DNA of 64,000 nucleotides from Hyphomicrobiales bacterium (GCA_002401855.1 NVUH01000010.1:19009-83008); one strand, 5' to 3'; positions 46,891 to 58,537 are shown, numbered from the stretch's first letter. Numbers and translations: made by a program. The notes: generated by a model from the letters alone, not told the origin.

Positions 46891-47349
46891 ATGGGTATGA
46901 CTGCTGGAAACGGCCATTATAACAACCCCAAACGGCAGCGCAGAAGCCGCAACCGGCACGCGCCGATTGCTGAAATTAATATGACACCGATGGTCGATGT
47001 GATGTTGGTATTGTTGATTATTTTCATGGTATCGGCTCCCTTACTTACCGCTGGCGTACCGATTGAATTGCCCGAAACACAAGCCGCAGCGCTTGAGGCA
47101 GATAATGAACCCTTGTCGGTGACGATTGATGTTGACGGCAAGATATTCATTCAAGATGCCGAAGTTGATATTGATGATTTGGTGACCAAATTAACGGCTT
47201 TATCCGAAAATGGGTTTAAACAAAAAATCTTTGTGCGCGGTGATCAAAATGTATCATATGGCGAATTTATGCGGGTGATTGGGCATATTAACAGTGCTGG
47301 GTTTAAAAGCATTGGCTTGGTCTCGACAAGTGAAACAAATGCAAATTAG
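46891..47349 (+). CDS. tolR: Tol-Pal system protein TolR
   Basis: In-frame ATG 46891, 1 nt after the tolQ stop. INMTPMVDVMLVLLIIFMV carries the conserved Asp. The longer track ORF from 46828 overlaps tolQ and is unlikely. Confidence 0.9.
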   Translation: MGMTAGNGHYNNPKRQRRSRNRHAPIAEINMTPMVDVMLVLLIIFMVSAPLLTAGVPIELPETQAAALEADNEPLSVTIDVDGKIFIQDAEVDIDDLVTKLTALSENGFKQKIFVRGDQNVSYGEFMRVIGHINSAGFKSIGLVSTSETNAN

Positions 47350-47374
47350 AGATTGGTAAAATTTAGGCATATAG

Positions 47375-48286
47375 ATGAAATTTGGTTGGATCATAACATC
47401 AGTTTTGCATGGCACAATTATTGTGGCGGCTATATTCAGCTTTGGCGCGGGGACCCCGCTCGAGCTGGATAATGTTGTGCCTGTGGAGGTAGAGATTATC
47501 TCGATCGCGCCGATTGAGCAGGTCGGCACAAAAAAAACCAAGGATTTAACCACCAAATTGGCGGCCAAACAGCCGATCGAAAAAATTGTCGAAAAACCTG
47601 TGCCCAAGCCGAAGCCAAAGCTTGATAAGCCAAAACCAACGCCAAAGCCTAAAGATAAGCCAAAGACCGAGCCTATACCATCGATTGAAAAATTAATCGA
47701 AGAGGTTGCCGATCTTGAGCCGCAAAAGCCAGAAGAGAGTTTTATTAATGTGGCCTCGGCGCCAAAGCCAGCCAAGCGCCCGACATTGCCTAAAACTGAA
47801 CCCAAAGAGCTGCCAAAAGCCGAGAAAAAGCCTGAGCCAGAACCGTTGGATGACAGCAAAATTGCGGCTTTGTTGGATAAGCTAGAAGAAAAGCCTTTGG
47901 AAGAAATTGAGCTTGATTTTGGTGATATTGAAGCGGGTAGCTTAGATGGTGATTTGCTCGAAGATGTTGAAGTGGCTTCATTAAGCCAATTTGAATTTAA
48001 TGCGGTGAAAAACCGTATGACACAATGTTGGTCTATCCCCGCTGGGGCGCAAGACGCGGGCAGTGTGGTGGTTAAAGTTGGCTTTAAACTCAACCAATTT
48101 GCCGAAGTGCTTGGCACACCACAGGTGCTTAACAGCTCAACGCATCCGTCATTTCAAGTGATGGCTGAAAGCGCGGTGCGGGCGATTATAGAATGCGGCC
48201 CTTACGACATGTTGCCAGCTGAAAAATTTGAAGTGTGGAGCGAATTTACTATGGAATTTGACCCGCGTAGTATGTTTGATGGATAG
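47375..48286 (+). CDS. tolA: Tol-Pal system protein TolA
   Basis: 303 aa: N-terminal TM helix, P/K/E-rich domain II, and a TonB/TolA-like C-terminal domain. Confidence 0.85.
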   Translation: MKFGWIITSVLHGTIIVAAIFSFGAGTPLELDNVVPVEVEIISIAPIEQVGTKKTKDLTTKLAAKQPIEKIVEKPVPKPKPKLDKPKPTPKPKDKPKTEPIPSIEKLIEEVADLEPQKPEESFINVASAPKPAKRPTLPKTEPKELPKAEKKPEPEPLDDSKIAALLDKLEEKPLEEIELDFGDIEAGSLDGDLLEDVEVASLSQFEFNAVKNRMTQCWSIPAGAQDAGSVVVKVGFKLNQFAEVLGTPQVLNSSTHPSFQVMAESAVRAIIECGPYDMLPAEKFEVWSEFTMEFDPRSMFDG

Positions 48287-48342
48287 AGTGTGCCATATTT
48301 TGAGCAAATTAAGCTTATATAGATAGATAGTTAGATAGTGGC

Positions 48343-49680
48343 GTGAAAATTAATAGGTATATTATGATAAGAAATATAAGCAAATTGTTGGTTTTATGTG
48401 CCTTTATTGCGAACATGGCTACATCTGCTGCGGCACTGGTCGAAGTGAAAATTGATCAGGGCAATGTCGATCCGTTGGTATTGGCGATTGAGAATTTTTC
48501 AGGTGGCAACGGCAAAGAAGTTGGGCTGGGGCAAAATGTAGCGGCCATTGTCAGCAATGATTTGCGCAATAGCGGCCTATTTGCACCGCTTAACCAAGAC
48601 GTGTTTTTAGAAACCAACCGACCTGCCAATCAAAAACCGAACTTTGCCAATTGGCGACCAACAGGTGCTAAGGCCTTGGTAACAGGCCGCATTGTGATGC
48701 AATCTAACGGCAATATTGCTGCCGAATTGCGCTTGTGGGATGTGCTTTCTGAACAGCAAATTATTGGCTTGCAATATTCGGCGCAACCGCGCAATTGGCG
48801 TAAATTGGCGCATCAAATATCTGATACCATTTATGAGCGGCTCACCGGCGAAAAAGGTTATTTTGATAGCCGCATCGCCTATATATCTGAAACAGGGCCG
48901 AAAGACAGGCGGATTAAACGCTTGGCGGTTATGGATCAAGATGGTTTTAACAATAAATTTTTAACCAATGGCAATGACATTGTCCTTTCGCCGCGGTTTA
49001 GCCCGAAACGTCAAGAAGTGACTTATATTTCTTATGCCAGTGGCCAACCGCGGGTTATGTTGATTAATGTTGATACAGGCCAGCGCGAATTGGTTGGTAA
49101 TTTCCCGGGTATGAGCTTTGCACCGCGCTTTTCGCCGGATGGCAATAAGGTGGTGATGAGCCTGCAAAATGGTGCCAATGCCAATTTATATTTGATGGAT
49201 TTACGCAATAAAAACATGCAACAATTAACCAAGGGCACGGCGCTTGATACTTCGGCATCTTTTTCGCCCGATGGCCGCTCGATTGTGTTTGAATCTGACC
49301 GCGACGGTAAACAGCTGCTTTATATTATGAATACTGATGGCAGCAATGTCAGGCGGGTGAGTTTTGGTGGTGGTTCTTATTCAACCCCTGTTTGGTCGCC
49401 ACGTGGTGATTTAATTGCTTTTACCAAATTGGTTGGCGGGCAATTTTTAATTGGTGTGATGAAGGTTGACGGCAGTGGCGAGCGTATTTTGGCGGGCGGA
49501 TATCATAATGAAGGCCCGACATGGTCGCCTAATGGTCGGGTGTTGATGTTTTTTCGTGAAACCCGCGGCGCTAACGGTGGCCCGTCTATCTGGAGTGTGG
49601 ACATTACGGGGCGTAATGAAAGACAGTTAAAAACTAATGGGTTTGCGAGTGACCCAGCATGGTCGCCTTTGGGGCAATGA
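48343..49680 (+). CDS. tolB: Tol-Pal system beta-propeller protein TolB
   Basis: 445 aa with a signal peptide and repeated SPDG/SPRG propeller blades. The start may be ATG 48364. Confidence 0.95.
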   Translation: MKINRYIMIRNISKLLVLCAFIANMATSAAALVEVKIDQGNVDPLVLAIENFSGGNGKEVGLGQNVAAIVSNDLRNSGLFAPLNQDVFLETNRPANQKPNFANWRPTGAKALVTGRIVMQSNGNIAAELRLWDVLSEQQIIGLQYSAQPRNWRKLAHQISDTIYERLTGEKGYFDSRIAYISETGPKDRRIKRLAVMDQDGFNNKFLTNGNDIVLSPRFSPKRQEVTYISYASGQPRVMLINVDTGQRELVGNFPGMSFAPRFSPDGNKVVMSLQNGANANLYLMDLRNKNMQQLTKGTALDTSASFSPDGRSIVFESDRDGKQLLYIMNTDGSNVRRVSFGGGSYSTPVWSPRGDLIAFTKLVGGQFLIGVMKVDGSGERILAGGYHNEGPTWSPNGRVLMFFRETRGANGGPSIWSVDITGRNERQLKTNGFASDPAWSPLGQ

Positions 49681-49772
49681 TTTAAAAGGCTATTTTGCCC
49701 GAATTATTAAGCCGAAGAAATAGTGATAAAATATGTTATAAGAATGTAAAAATCTAAAAGTTGGAGAAAAAC

Positions 49773-50258
49773 ATGAGATTGAATTTAGCAAAATATTTAA
49801 TGATTGCAGGCATGGCGTTGGGTCTTGCGGCGTGCGCCACAAAAGGTGATTTAGGCCAAGATGCTGCGGGTGTTGTGGGCAATGGCATTAATGCCCAACC
49901 TGGTACGCTTGCCGAATTCCAACAAGTTATCGGCGATAGCGTGTTGTTTGAAACCAACCAAACTGAGGTGAATGAGCCTGGTAAAGCCTTGTTGCGAAAA
50001 CAATATGCTTGGTTGGTACAATATAATGTCACTGCAATTCAAATTGAAGGCCATGCTGATGAACGTGGCACACGCCAATATAATATTGCATTGGGCGCAA
50101 GACGTGCGGCTAGCATTAAAAAATACATAGCTTCTTTAGGCTTTACGGGCACAATCGGCACTTTGTCTTATGGCAAAGAGCGGCCGATTTCACTATGTGA
50201 TAATATCTCGTGCTGGAGCCAAAATAGACGTGCGGTGACTTCGGTGACTAGCAAATAG
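49773..50258 (+). CDS. pal: peptidoglycan-associated lipoprotein Pal
   Basis: I prefer ATG 49773 (RBS ggagaa). Lipobox LGLAAC and OmpA-like domain (IEGHADERGTRQYNIALGARRA). Confidence 0.9.
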   Translation: MRLNLAKYLMIAGMALGLAACATKGDLGQDAAGVVGNGINAQPGTLAEFQQVIGDSVLFETNQTEVNEPGKALLRKQYAWLVQYNVTAIQIEGHADERGTRQYNIALGARRAASIKKYIASLGFTGTIGTLSYGKERPISLCDNISCWSQNRRAVTSVTSK

Positions 50259-50367
50259 GTGTTGTATAATTAGCACAATGTGGGGCGAAAATTGGTTGGT
50301 TGAATGTCTGCCCTATTTTTGCCCCAAATCTATTGAATTTTACATGTTGAATTATTTCGAGTAAAAT

Positions 50368-51339
50368 ATGTTACCTTTGTTAAAGTCATATTGTAAATTA
50401 TCTAAGGCTGCTTTTGTCGTGATTGTAGCGGCTTATGTGGCTATGCCGCATATTGCACTGGCTTTTGATTCTCAAAGTGTGCTGAAAATGCATATAAAAA
50501 TCTCAACCATGCAAAGCGATGTGAAACAAATTGCTACGCAGGATGTCGAGGTGCTGAATCGCATTCAAGCGCTTGAGCTTGAGCTGAACACCCTGCGCAA
50601 CCGTTTGATGCAATATGAAAATAAGTTGACTCATGATTTTTCTCAACAACAATTGGCTGATGGCCAAGTTTTGCAACGCCCGCTTGAAGACCCTTATTCT
50701 GCGGCTTCACCACTTGTCTCTGGGCCACCTGCAGCCAAGCCATTGCCCATGGCTCAGCAAGAGCAAAAAATGGCGCAAGCTGTCCCGTTGCTCGATGGCC
50801 AAGAAGAATTAAACACTGTGCCCGAAGCGTTGCGCAGCCAACCGCCGTTAGAAAAACCTGAGCCACAAGCTTATGCAGCAACAGCGTTGCCTGAAGCGGC
50901 TTTGGATGAATTGAATGCTTCTGCTAGCATTGCAGGCCGTTTGGGCAGTCAAGCGCCAGATGTTATGGCGTTTAACGAGGCTAAAGGTTATTATGATGAT
51001 GCTTATTATGTGTTGTCAGAGCGTAAATTTAATCAATTCATTCAATATTATCGCCAATCGACCCTAATTTCTAACGCTTATTTTTGGTTGGGCGAAAGCT
51101 ATTATAAACGCAAAAATTACAATGCGGCGGCACGGGTTTTTTACCAAGGCTATCGCAGCAATAAAAAAGGTGCCAAAGCGCCTGATAACCTATATAAATT
51201 AGCGGCCAGCTTGTTATTACTTGGCAATAAATCTGATGCTTGTGCCGCTTATTACGAGGTCGATCGACGTTATTCTGAATCGCACCCGCAATTGTCCAGC
51301 ATGGCGCAAGCCAAGCAAAAAGAGCATGCTTGCTTGTAA
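50368..51339 (+). CDS. cpoB: Tol-Pal system protein CpoB/YbgF
   Basis: 323 aa: signal peptide, coiled coil, and a C-terminal TPR region (AYFWLGESYY, LYKLA.SL..LG). Positioned after pal. Confidence 0.8.
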   Translation: MLPLLKSYCKLSKAAFVVIVAAYVAMPHIALAFDSQSVLKMHIKISTMQSDVKQIATQDVEVLNRIQALELELNTLRNRLMQYENKLTHDFSQQQLADGQVLQRPLEDPYSAASPLVSGPPAAKPLPMAQQEQKMAQAVPLLDGQEELNTVPEALRSQPPLEKPEPQAYAATALPEAALDELNASASIAGRLGSQAPDVMAFNEAKGYYDDAYYVLSERKFNQFIQYYRQSTLISNAYFWLGESYYKRKNYNAAARVFYQGYRSNKKGAKAPDNLYKLAASLLLLGNKSDACAAYYEVDRRYSESHPQLSSMAQAKQKEHACL

Positions 51340-51364
51340 AGCCTTTATGAGGTTATAAGTCTGT

Positions 51365-52588
51365 ATGACTTTGCCGCTTATTGCCGATCAAAAAATCCAT
51401 GATAGCCTCGCGGGCTTTATCCATTCCGGTGACGAAATGATTGCGATTGCGGTTTCGGGCGGTGGCGACAGCATGGCTTTGTTGTTGGCAATGCATCATT
51501 ATATTCAAAAATTAAGTTTATCGGTTAAACTGGTTGCTTTAACCGTTGATCATAAATTGCGCGCTGATGCGGCGATAGAAGCTGAACAAGTGGCGCAATG
51601 GTGCCAAAATTTGGGCATTGAGCATCATATTTTGGCGTGGCAATTTGAGCAAATTCCAAGCAGTGGCGTTCAGCAAAAGGCGCGTGATGCGCGTTATCAA
51701 TTGATGGGCGGATTTTGCACCGCACGGTGCATAAATAAGCTATTTGTGGGGCATAATTTAGAGGACAATGCCGAAACCTTTTTAATGCGCTTAAAACGCG
51801 GCGCTGGTTTACGTGGCCTTGGCTCCATTGCGCAGGCAATGCAACGCGATGTTAATGGTTATTTAATTGAAATTGTTCGGCCGTTTTTAAGCCTTAAACG
51901 GGCTGATTTGCGTCATTATTTAGAGCAATATGAGCAGGCTTGGTTTGATGATGTTTCTAATTTGAATGAAAAGTTTGAGCGAGTGCAAATTCGTAAATTT
52001 TTGACCGAAAATGGGGTATTGGCTAGTGAAAGCGTGGCGCAATCGGCCAGCCGATTGGCGCGAGCAGATGACGCGCTGGAATTTTATTTAGAGGAATTTT
52101 GGAAGGCAAAAGTCGAATTTTTGCCTTTGGGCATCGCGCATGTGAAGGTCAGTGATTTTGCGGCATTGCCCGAAGAGTTACAATTACGCTTGCTGGCTAG
52201 ATTGATTTGGACAATTGGTGGGCAGGACAATCCGCCGCGCTGGCAAAAAATCGAGTATTTATTACAGCAAATTGCAGGGCAGGGGCGACAATTTTGTTTG
52301 GGCCATTGTTTGGTGGTGAAAAAGCAACAAAGCCTGTGGTTTGGTTATGAAGATAGGCAAGGTTTCGATGATAAGTGGCGCAAGCGTTTTGCCGCTGTTA
52401 ATTTGGCACAAAAATCAATGCAATTGCATAGCCTATCTATGGTGCCGGAATATAGTGACCAGTTGATAGAAAGGCATAAACCACTTAAATTATGCCCGAA
52501 GGTGATTTTGCAATCTATTGCGATTATAATGGCCGATGGTGGGGCTGAAATGGTGGATATAGATTTAGAGCTTAAAATTCGGCGTTAA
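51365..52588 (+). CDS. tilS: tRNA(Ile)-lysidine synthetase
   Basis: 407 aa with PP-loop AVSGGGDSMALL and HNLEDNAETFLMRL. Confidence 0.9.
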   Translation: MTLPLIADQKIHDSLAGFIHSGDEMIAIAVSGGGDSMALLLAMHHYIQKLSLSVKLVALTVDHKLRADAAIEAEQVAQWCQNLGIEHHILAWQFEQIPSSGVQQKARDARYQLMGGFCTARCINKLFVGHNLEDNAETFLMRLKRGAGLRGLGSIAQAMQRDVNGYLIEIVRPFLSLKRADLRHYLEQYEQAWFDDVSNLNEKFERVQIRKFLTENGVLASESVAQSASRLARADDALEFYLEEFWKAKVEFLPLGIAHVKVSDFAALPEELQLRLLARLIWTIGGQDNPPRWQKIEYLLQQIAGQGRQFCLGHCLVVKKQQSLWFGYEDRQGFDDKWRKRFAAVNLAQKSMQLHSLSMVPEYSDQLIERHKPLKLCPKVILQSIAIIMADGGAEMVDIDLELKIRR

Positions 52589-52768
52589 CAATAAAGTGAA
52601 TGAGCCAAAACATGGGTTCACATTGTAAAAATTATATGCTCATATGCCCAAAGCTATGAAAAGGCCGTGTTTTTTGAGTTTTTTTGAGTTTTTAACTTGG
52701 AATTTACCCAATGAAGGCCTATTTAAACAATAGATATTTTATGAATCGAAGAAAATTAAGGAATTCAT

Positions 52769-54703
52769 GTGAATAATTTTCGTAATCTTGCTCTATGGGG
52801 CATCATCCTCGTCTTGTTAATTGCCGTATTTAATATGGTGGGGCTTTCTGGTAGCCGCTCTAGTGGCAACGAGGTGAGCTATTCGCAATTGCTGTCTGAT
52901 GTCAGCTCTGGCGGTGTGCAATCCGTGGTTATTAATAATGGTCAATTGAGCGGTAGACGCGCAAATGGCGGCGATTTTACTGCGGCCATTCCGCTGAATG
53001 ATGCCTTATTGTTGCAAACTCTGACCGAAAAAGGCGTGGATGTGAAAGTGCAGCATGCCGAAGACAGCACACTGATGAATGTATTCATCAGTTGGTTCCC
53101 GATGTTGTTATTGGTGGGTGTGTGGATTTTCTTTATGCGCAATATGGGCGGTGGCGGCGGTGGTAAAGCCATGGGCTTTGGCAAAAGTAAAGCCAAATTG
53201 CTGACCGAAGGCAGTGGCACTGTTACATTTGATGATGTGGCTGGTATTGATGAAGCCAAAGAAGATTTAAGTGAAATTGTTGATTTTTTAAAGAACCCAA
53301 CAAAATATACCGTTTTGGGTGGTCACATTCCGCGCGGCGCGTTGTTGGTCGGCCCTCCAGGCACAGGTAAGACCCTGTTGGCACGGGCCATTGCGGGCGA
53401 AGCTAATGTGCCGTTTTTCTCTATCTCAGGTTCAGATTTTGTTGAAATGTTTGTCGGCGTGGGCGCGAGCCGCGTGCGCGATATGTTTGAACAAGCTAAG
53501 AAAAACGCTCCGTGTATTGTGTTTATCGATGAAATTGACGCGGTTGGTCGGCATCGTGGATCAGGCATGGGCGGTGGTAATGATGAGCGTGAGCAAACGC
53601 TTAACCAATTATTGGTCGAAATGGATGGTTTCTCGGATAATGAAGGGGTGATTATCATCGCCGCTACCAATAGACCTGATGTGTTAGACCCTGCATTGTT
53701 GCGCCCTGGTCGGTTCGATAGGCAGATTGAAGTGGCCAATCCAGATATTATTGGCCGTGAGCAAATTTTGAAAGTGCATTTGAAAAAAATCAAATCGGGT
53801 AATGATGTTGATGCGCGGCATATTGCGCGCGGCACACCAGGTTTTTCAGGCGCAGATTTAGCTAATCTTTGTAATGAAGCGGCGCTTTTGGCGGCACGGC
53901 GCGGTAAACGTGTGGTGACAGACCAAGAATTTGAAGATGCCAAAGACAAAGTGATGATGGGTGCTGAGCGCCGTACATTGGTGATGAGTGATGATGAGAG
54001 ACGTTTAACGGCCTTCCATGAAGCTGGTCATGCTTTGGTGGCGATGCATAAGCCAGAATCTGACCCTGTGCATAAAGCCACAATCATTCCGCGTGGTCGG
54101 GCGCTTGGTTTGGTGATGCGTTTGCCAGAACGTGATGCGATTTCATATAGCCGTGAAAAATTCCACGCCGATTTGGCCGTGGCGATGGCTGGCCGTGTGG
54201 CCGAAGAAATTTTGGTTGGTTATGACAAGATCACCTCTGGTGCTTCATCTGACATTCAACAAGCCACAAAAATTGCCCGCGGTATGGTGACCCAATGGGG
54301 CATGTCAGATAAAATGGGCATGGTTGATTATGCTGGCAATACAGGTCAGAACTTTATGGGTCAGTCATCTAATTCTGGTATGGTTAGTGAACAGACTTTG
54401 CAAGAAATTGATGCCGAAGTGAAACGCATTATTGAAGAAGCGTATAGCGAAGCCAAACGTATTTTGACTGAGAATGCCAATCAATTGGATTTGTTGGGCA
54501 ATGGTTTGCTTGAATATGAAACTTTGACTGGTGCTGAGATCAAGAAAATGATTGCTGGTGAAGACATTGGCCGCGAAAATGTGGTGGCGCAAGAAAAAGC
54601 TGGCGCTGCGACTGTGCCAGAAACTTCAGTAGGTGTGCCAACGACTGAAACGTCAGAAGCTCCTGTAAAACCAACGGATGATGAACCAAAAGATGATGCA
54701 TAA
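52769..54703 (+). CDS. ftsH: ATP-dependent zinc metalloprotease FtsH
   Basis: 644 aa, GTG start with RBS aaggaa. Walker [12 protein letters not shown] region, and zinc site HEAGHA. Confidence 0.95.
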   Translation: MNNFRNLALWGIILVLLIAVFNMVGLSGSRSSGNEVSYSQLLSDVSSGGVQSVVINNGQLSGRRANGGDFTAAIPLNDALLLQTLTEKGVDVKVQHAEDSTLMNVFISWFPMLLLVGVWIFFMRNMGGGGGGKAMGFGKSKAKLLTEGSGTVTFDDVAGIDEAKEDLSEIVDFLKNPTKYTVLGGHIPRGALLVGPPGTGKTLLARAIAGEANVPFFSISGSDFVEMFVGVGASRVRDMFEQAKKNAPCIVFIDEIDAVGRHRGSGMGGGNDEREQTLNQLLVEMDGFSDNEGVIIIAATNRPDVLDPALLRPGRFDRQIEVANPDIIGREQILKVHLKKIKSGNDVDARHIARGTPGFSGADLANLCNEAALLAARRGKRVVTDQEFEDAKDKVMMGAERRTLVMSDDERRLTAFHEAGHALVAMHKPESDPVHKATIIPRGRALGLVMRLPERDAISYSREKFHADLAVAMAGRVAEEILVGYDKITSGASSDIQQATKIARGMVTQWGMSDKMGMVDYAGNTGQNFMGQSSNSGMVSEQTLQEIDAEVKRIIEEAYSEAKRILTENANQLDLLGNGLLEYETLTGAEIKKMIAGEDIGRENVVAQEKAGAATVPETSVGVPTTETSEAPVKPTDDEPKDDA

Positions 54704-54726
54704 ATTCATTGGTTGATATATATTAT

Positions 54727-54760
54727 AAAGGCGCTTGAATTTCAGGCGCCTTTTGTTTTG
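54727..54760 (+). terminator. Terminator after ftsH
   Basis: Stem aaaggcgc / gcgccttt, followed by ttttgttttgttttg. Confidence 0.7.
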
Positions 54761-54762
54761 TT

Positions 54763-55863
54763 TTGTTAAGTGAAAGTGTTGTCGTGGCTCATTCGAAATT
54801 AATCATCCCCACAGGCTTTATTTATGGCGATGAGGCTAAGGTTGCACTGGCCCAGCAACGGGCGTTGCCAATTGCGGGTGGTAGCACAGGCTTTTGCATG
54901 GCAAAAATTATCAACCGTTTTGATGATGACATTGGGTTTATGTCGGCGGCAGAATTGTTTGATTCAGGCGATGTCGAAATTGTGGCTCAGCTTGAAGCGA
55001 TTGGGGCGTTAAGGCCGAGCATCTGCGGCTTGGATATGTCGCAACAGCATATAATGGGCATTTTAAATTTAACGCCTGATAGTTTTTCAGACGGTGGCAG
55101 CCACGATGATGCGGCCAAATTAGAGCGGCAAATTGATGACTATATAAAATGTGGCTTATCTATTGTGGATATTGGCGGTGAATCGACCCGCCCCAAAGCT
55201 GAATATGTAAGCTGTGAGAATGAAATTGCGCGCATTGCGCCCATATTATCGATGCTTAAAACTAAAAATATATGTGTTTCGATTGATACACGCAAAGCCA
55301 AGGTTATGGATTATGCATTGGCGCACGGGGCTGACATGATTAATGACGTTTCGGCGTTGGAATTTAGAGCCGATGTGGCACAATATGGCGAAGATAGTGG
55401 CGACAGTGTACAAGCTGTGCTTACAGCTCAGTGTCCGATTATTTTAATGCACAGTCAAGGCACGCCCGAAACCATGCAAAATGACCCACATTATGAGAAT
55501 ATCCTGTTCGAGATTTATGATTATCTGCAGGCGCGGATTGAAAACTTAGTCAAGCAGGGCTTTGATAAGGGCAGGATAGTGATTGATCCTGGCATTGGGT
55601 TTGGCAAAACTGTGGCTCATTGTTTGACCATTCTTAATAATCTCAGCTTGTTTCATTCTCTTAGCGTGGCTTTATTGGTCGGCTCATCGCGTAAATCTTT
55701 CATTGGTGTGGTTGCGGGTGAAATGGGTGTTGGCAAGCGGCAGGCTGGTTCGTTAGCGGCGATGGGCGTTGCAAAAAATACGGCAGTGCAATTTCATCGC
55801 GTGCATGATATAAAGGCTGCACAGCAACATATGAGTATAATTAATTCTATTCGCAAGTATTAA
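54763..55863 (+). CDS. folP: dihydropteroate synthase with N-terminal extension (start uncertain)
   Basis: The DHPS core starts near residue 97 (IMGILNLTPDSFSDGG, DIGGESTRP, NDVS). The track start TTG 54763 lies inside the ftsH terminator T-tract. In-frame alternatives are GTG 54784 and ATG 54898. Confidence 0.85.
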   Translation: MLSESVVVAHSKLIIPTGFIYGDEAKVALAQQRALPIAGGSTGFCMAKIINRFDDDIGFMSAAELFDSGDVEIVAQLEAIGALRPSICGLDMSQQHIMGILNLTPDSFSDGGSHDDAAKLERQIDDYIKCGLSIVDIGGESTRPKAEYVSCENEIARIAPILSMLKTKNICVSIDTRKAKVMDYALAHGADMINDVSALEFRADVAQYGEDSGDSVQAVLTAQCPIILMHSQGTPETMQNDPHYENILFEIYDYLQARIENLVKQGFDKGRIVIDPGIGFGKTVAHCLTILNNLSLFHSLSVALLVGSSRKSFIGVVAGEMGVGKRQAGSLAAMGVAKNTAVQFHRVHDIKAAQQHMSIINSIRKY

Positions 55864-55920
55864 TTAAAAATTAATTTTAGTTACTTATTAATTCTTGAAG
55901 AATCAAGGGGTGTACATGAA

Positions 55921-57261
55921 ATGAAGCGTAAATATTTTGGAACAGATGGTATGCGTGGTTTGGTTAATCAGCATCCAATCACGGCTGAAATGGCTTTAAA
56001 ATTCGGCATGGCCACTGGCCAAGTGTTTTCCACAGGTTCACATCGTCATCGGGTGGTGATCGGCAAAGATACCAGAATTTCGGGTTATATGATTGAATAT
56101 GCTTTGGTGGCGGGTTTTACATCAGTGGGCATTGATGTGTTTTTATTGGGCCCAACCCCAACCCCTGCTGTGGCCATGTTGACAAGGTCTTTACGTGCTG
56201 ACGTTGGGGTGATGATTTCGGCTTCACATAACCCCTATCATGATAATGGGCTTAAGTTATTTGGGCCAGATGGCTATAAATTAGATGATCAGAAAGAATT
56301 ATTGATCGAAAAATATATGGATGGGTCTAGTGATGCTGGGTTGGTAGAACCTCGTCGGTTGGGTCGTGCGCGGCGTATCAATAGCGCCCATGCGCGTTAT
56401 ATAGAATTTGCCAAACGCACGATTAGCAATAAAATTAGCTTTAATGGGCTTAAAATTGTAGTTGATAGTGCCAATGGAGCGGCCTATAAAGTGGCGGCTA
56501 TGGCGCTGTGGGAGCTGGGCGCAGAGGTTATTGAAATTGGCAACAAACCAGATGGTTTTAACATTAATGAAGGTTGTGGATCAACTGCGCCAGAATTGTT
56601 GCAAAAAACCGTGCTTGAACATAAAGCTGATATTGGGATTGCGCTTGATGGTGATGCTGACCGGATCATTGTGGTTGATGAAAAAGGTCAGATTGTTGAT
56701 GGCGATCAATTAATGGCGGCGATTGCCCAAAATTTGCAGTCAAAAGATAAGCTCAGTAAAAATGGCATTGTGGCGACGGTTATGTCTAATTTAGGGTTAG
56801 AGAATTTCATCAAAGATATTGGTTTAGATTTTATTCGTACGGGCGTTGGGGATCGTTATGTGCTGGAGCATATGCGGGCTCATGGCTATAATATGGGCGG
56901 GGAACAATCGGGTCATATCATTATGTCAGATTATAACACCACTGGTGATGGCTTGACGGCGGCGATTCAGATTATTTCAATTATGATTGAGCGAGATATG
57001 AGTGCTAGCGTTTTGTGCCAACGCTTTGAAGCGGTGCCGCAAGTGCTGAAAAATGTGCGCTATGATGCCAATAAAACTGACCCATTGACCACAAAAATTG
57101 TACAACAAGCAATAAATGATGGCAAAGCTCAACTTAAAAATACGGGCAGGGTGCTGATTAGAAAATCTGGCACAGAGCCGTTAATTAGGGTGATGGCTGA
57201 AGGCGAGGATGCGCAGCTGACCGAGCAAGTGGTGGATGACATTGTTGCTGCTATTGGTTAA
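55921..57261 (+). CDS. glmM: phosphoglucosamine mutase
   Basis: 446 aa with YFGTDGMRG, active site SASHNP and DGDADR. Confidence 0.95.
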   Translation: MKRKYFGTDGMRGLVNQHPITAEMALKFGMATGQVFSTGSHRHRVVIGKDTRISGYMIEYALVAGFTSVGIDVFLLGPTPTPAVAMLTRSLRADVGVMISASHNPYHDNGLKLFGPDGYKLDDQKELLIEKYMDGSSDAGLVEPRRLGRARRINSAHARYIEFAKRTISNKISFNGLKIVVDSANGAAYKVAAMALWELGAEVIEIGNKPDGFNINEGCGSTAPELLQKTVLEHKADIGIALDGDADRIIVVDEKGQIVDGDQLMAAIAQNLQSKDKLSKNGIVATVMSNLGLENFIKDIGLDFIRTGVGDRYVLEHMRAHGYNMGGEQSGHIIMSDYNTTGDGLTAAIQIISIMIERDMSASVLCQRFEAVPQVLKNVRYDANKTDPLTTKIVQQAINDGKAQLKNTGRVLIRKSGTEPLIRVMAEGEDAQLTEQVVDDIVAAIG

Positions 57262-57331
57262 AATCATTAGTTAAAACTGTTGGTTAAAGCTTTTGGTTAA
57301 AAAGTGTTTAATTTAAAATAAAATACTTATG

Positions 57332-57365
57332 AAAACCGCATCATCTAAATGATGCGGTTTTTTTA
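57332..57365 (+). terminator. Terminator after glmM
   Basis: Stem aaccgcatcat / atgatgcggtt followed by T7. Confidence 0.85.
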
Positions 57366-57490
57366 TGTCCCAAAATCGCAATGCGTAAGATTATTTTAAC
57401 CATGCTCATTTACTAATCCTGTCATAGCCAAGCTGCAAGAAGAGCAGACAGGCACAGTAATAGTAGGCATCATAGTTAAAGAGGTATCCA

Positions 57491-58459
57491 ATGCTTATCA
57501 GTAAAAATAAAGCCATGTTCAAATCTGTAGGGGTTTGTTTGGCGGTTTTGACTATTTTATCACCAGCACAGGCAAGTGATATGACGAGTGAAACCACAAT
57601 ATTGCCAGAAACTCAATATGAAGTCAGCCTTTTAAAAGAAAGCAGCCTATATCCAAGCGTTAATTTGCGTAAAGAGGTTCGCCTTGGTTGCTATTGTAGT
57701 GGTGCCTATTTTAGCCTGAACGGTGGTTATGCTTGGGCCGATGCAGGGCAATTGACAAAAGGCAATCCAGTTGTTGCCGCAACGGATGTAAGTGCTGCCT
57801 CACAATCTGTTATTACCAATTCAGGTTTGTTTAACGAATATATTGCGCAAATCCCCAACTCATCAGGCCAGCAAATTATCGGTGCAGCCGTTACTGGCTA
57901 TAAATTTGATAATTTAAGGGTTGAGGTGTCAGGTGAATATCGGCAGCATAATATATTGACAGGTGCGACCACTCTTGGCAGTGCATCAGTAAACTATTCA
58001 GCCCAAAGCCAGCAATATGGTGCTCTTATATCAGCTTTTTATGATGTTGATATTCCAGACATTCCCGTTCAGCCTTATATAGGCTTGGGCGCAGGGTTGT
58101 TGCTTTCAAACACTCAATATAGCGTTGATTATACTGCAGGTGGCACAACCACCAGCGCCAGTGTTAATTTTTCTAACGGCATGAGCTTTGCTGGCGCTGT
58201 TATGGCGGGTGTGGCTATAAATATTGCTGATAATTTCACCTTAGATTTGGGTTATCGGTTTACCAATATATTGGGTGGCCGTGCCACTTATGAGGGGCAA
58301 ACCAATGGTGCCGCTATCAATGCAGCTTCTGGTGTAAATCTCGTCAATATATCTGGCATGGAGACCGCCACAAGAAATAGCGTCGATTATCAAGAAACAT
58401 TAGATTATGCAGATATTATCGCACATGAAGTGCGGGCAGGCATTCGGTATAGGTTTTAG
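57491..58459 (+). CDS. outer-membrane beta-barrel protein (Omp25/OMP_b-brl-type)
   Basis: 322 aa with a signal peptide (AVLTILSPAQA). Alternating amphipathic strands, and the C-terminal ...AGIRYRF ends in Phe. Confidence 0.75.
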   Translation: MLISKNKAMFKSVGVCLAVLTILSPAQASDMTSETTILPETQYEVSLLKESSLYPSVNLRKEVRLGCYCSGAYFSLNGGYAWADAGQLTKGNPVVAATDVSAASQSVITNSGLFNEYIAQIPNSSGQQIIGAAVTGYKFDNLRVEVSGEYRQHNILTGATTLGSASVNYSAQSQQYGALISAFYDVDIPDIPVQPYIGLGAGLLLSNTQYSVDYTAGGTTTSASVNFSNGMSFAGAVMAGVAINIADNFTLDLGYRFTNILGGRATYEGQTNGAAINAASGVNLVNISGMETATRNSVDYQETLDYADIIAHEVRAGIRYRF

Positions 58460-58506
58460 ACTTTGATGTTTTGGCTTGGCTAAATAAGTAAGATTTAAAA
58501 ATAATA

Positions 58507-58537
58507 AGCAGCGTCATTATGACGCTGCTTTTTTTTG
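58507..58537 (+). terminator. Terminator after the OMP gene
   Basis: Stem agcagcgtc / gacgctgct followed by T8. Confidence 0.85.

Noticed and set aside
47254-48117. Long antisense ORFs in the track. Examples are 47254-48117 (-) within tolA, 53323-53949 (-) within ftsH, 59799-60497 (-) within serA, 41060-41500 (-) within the cyclo-ligase gene, and 35659-36114 (+) within pgk.
   Set aside because: Each lies fully opposite a gene with unmistakable conserved motifs. They have low-complexity Ser/Ala/Pro-rich composition and no RBS, which makes them typical shadow ORFs.
52671-52690. Tandem tttttgagtt x2 upstream of ftsH.
   Set aside because: There are only two short copies in a T-rich spacer. It is most simply a slippage duplication, with no associated structure or motif.
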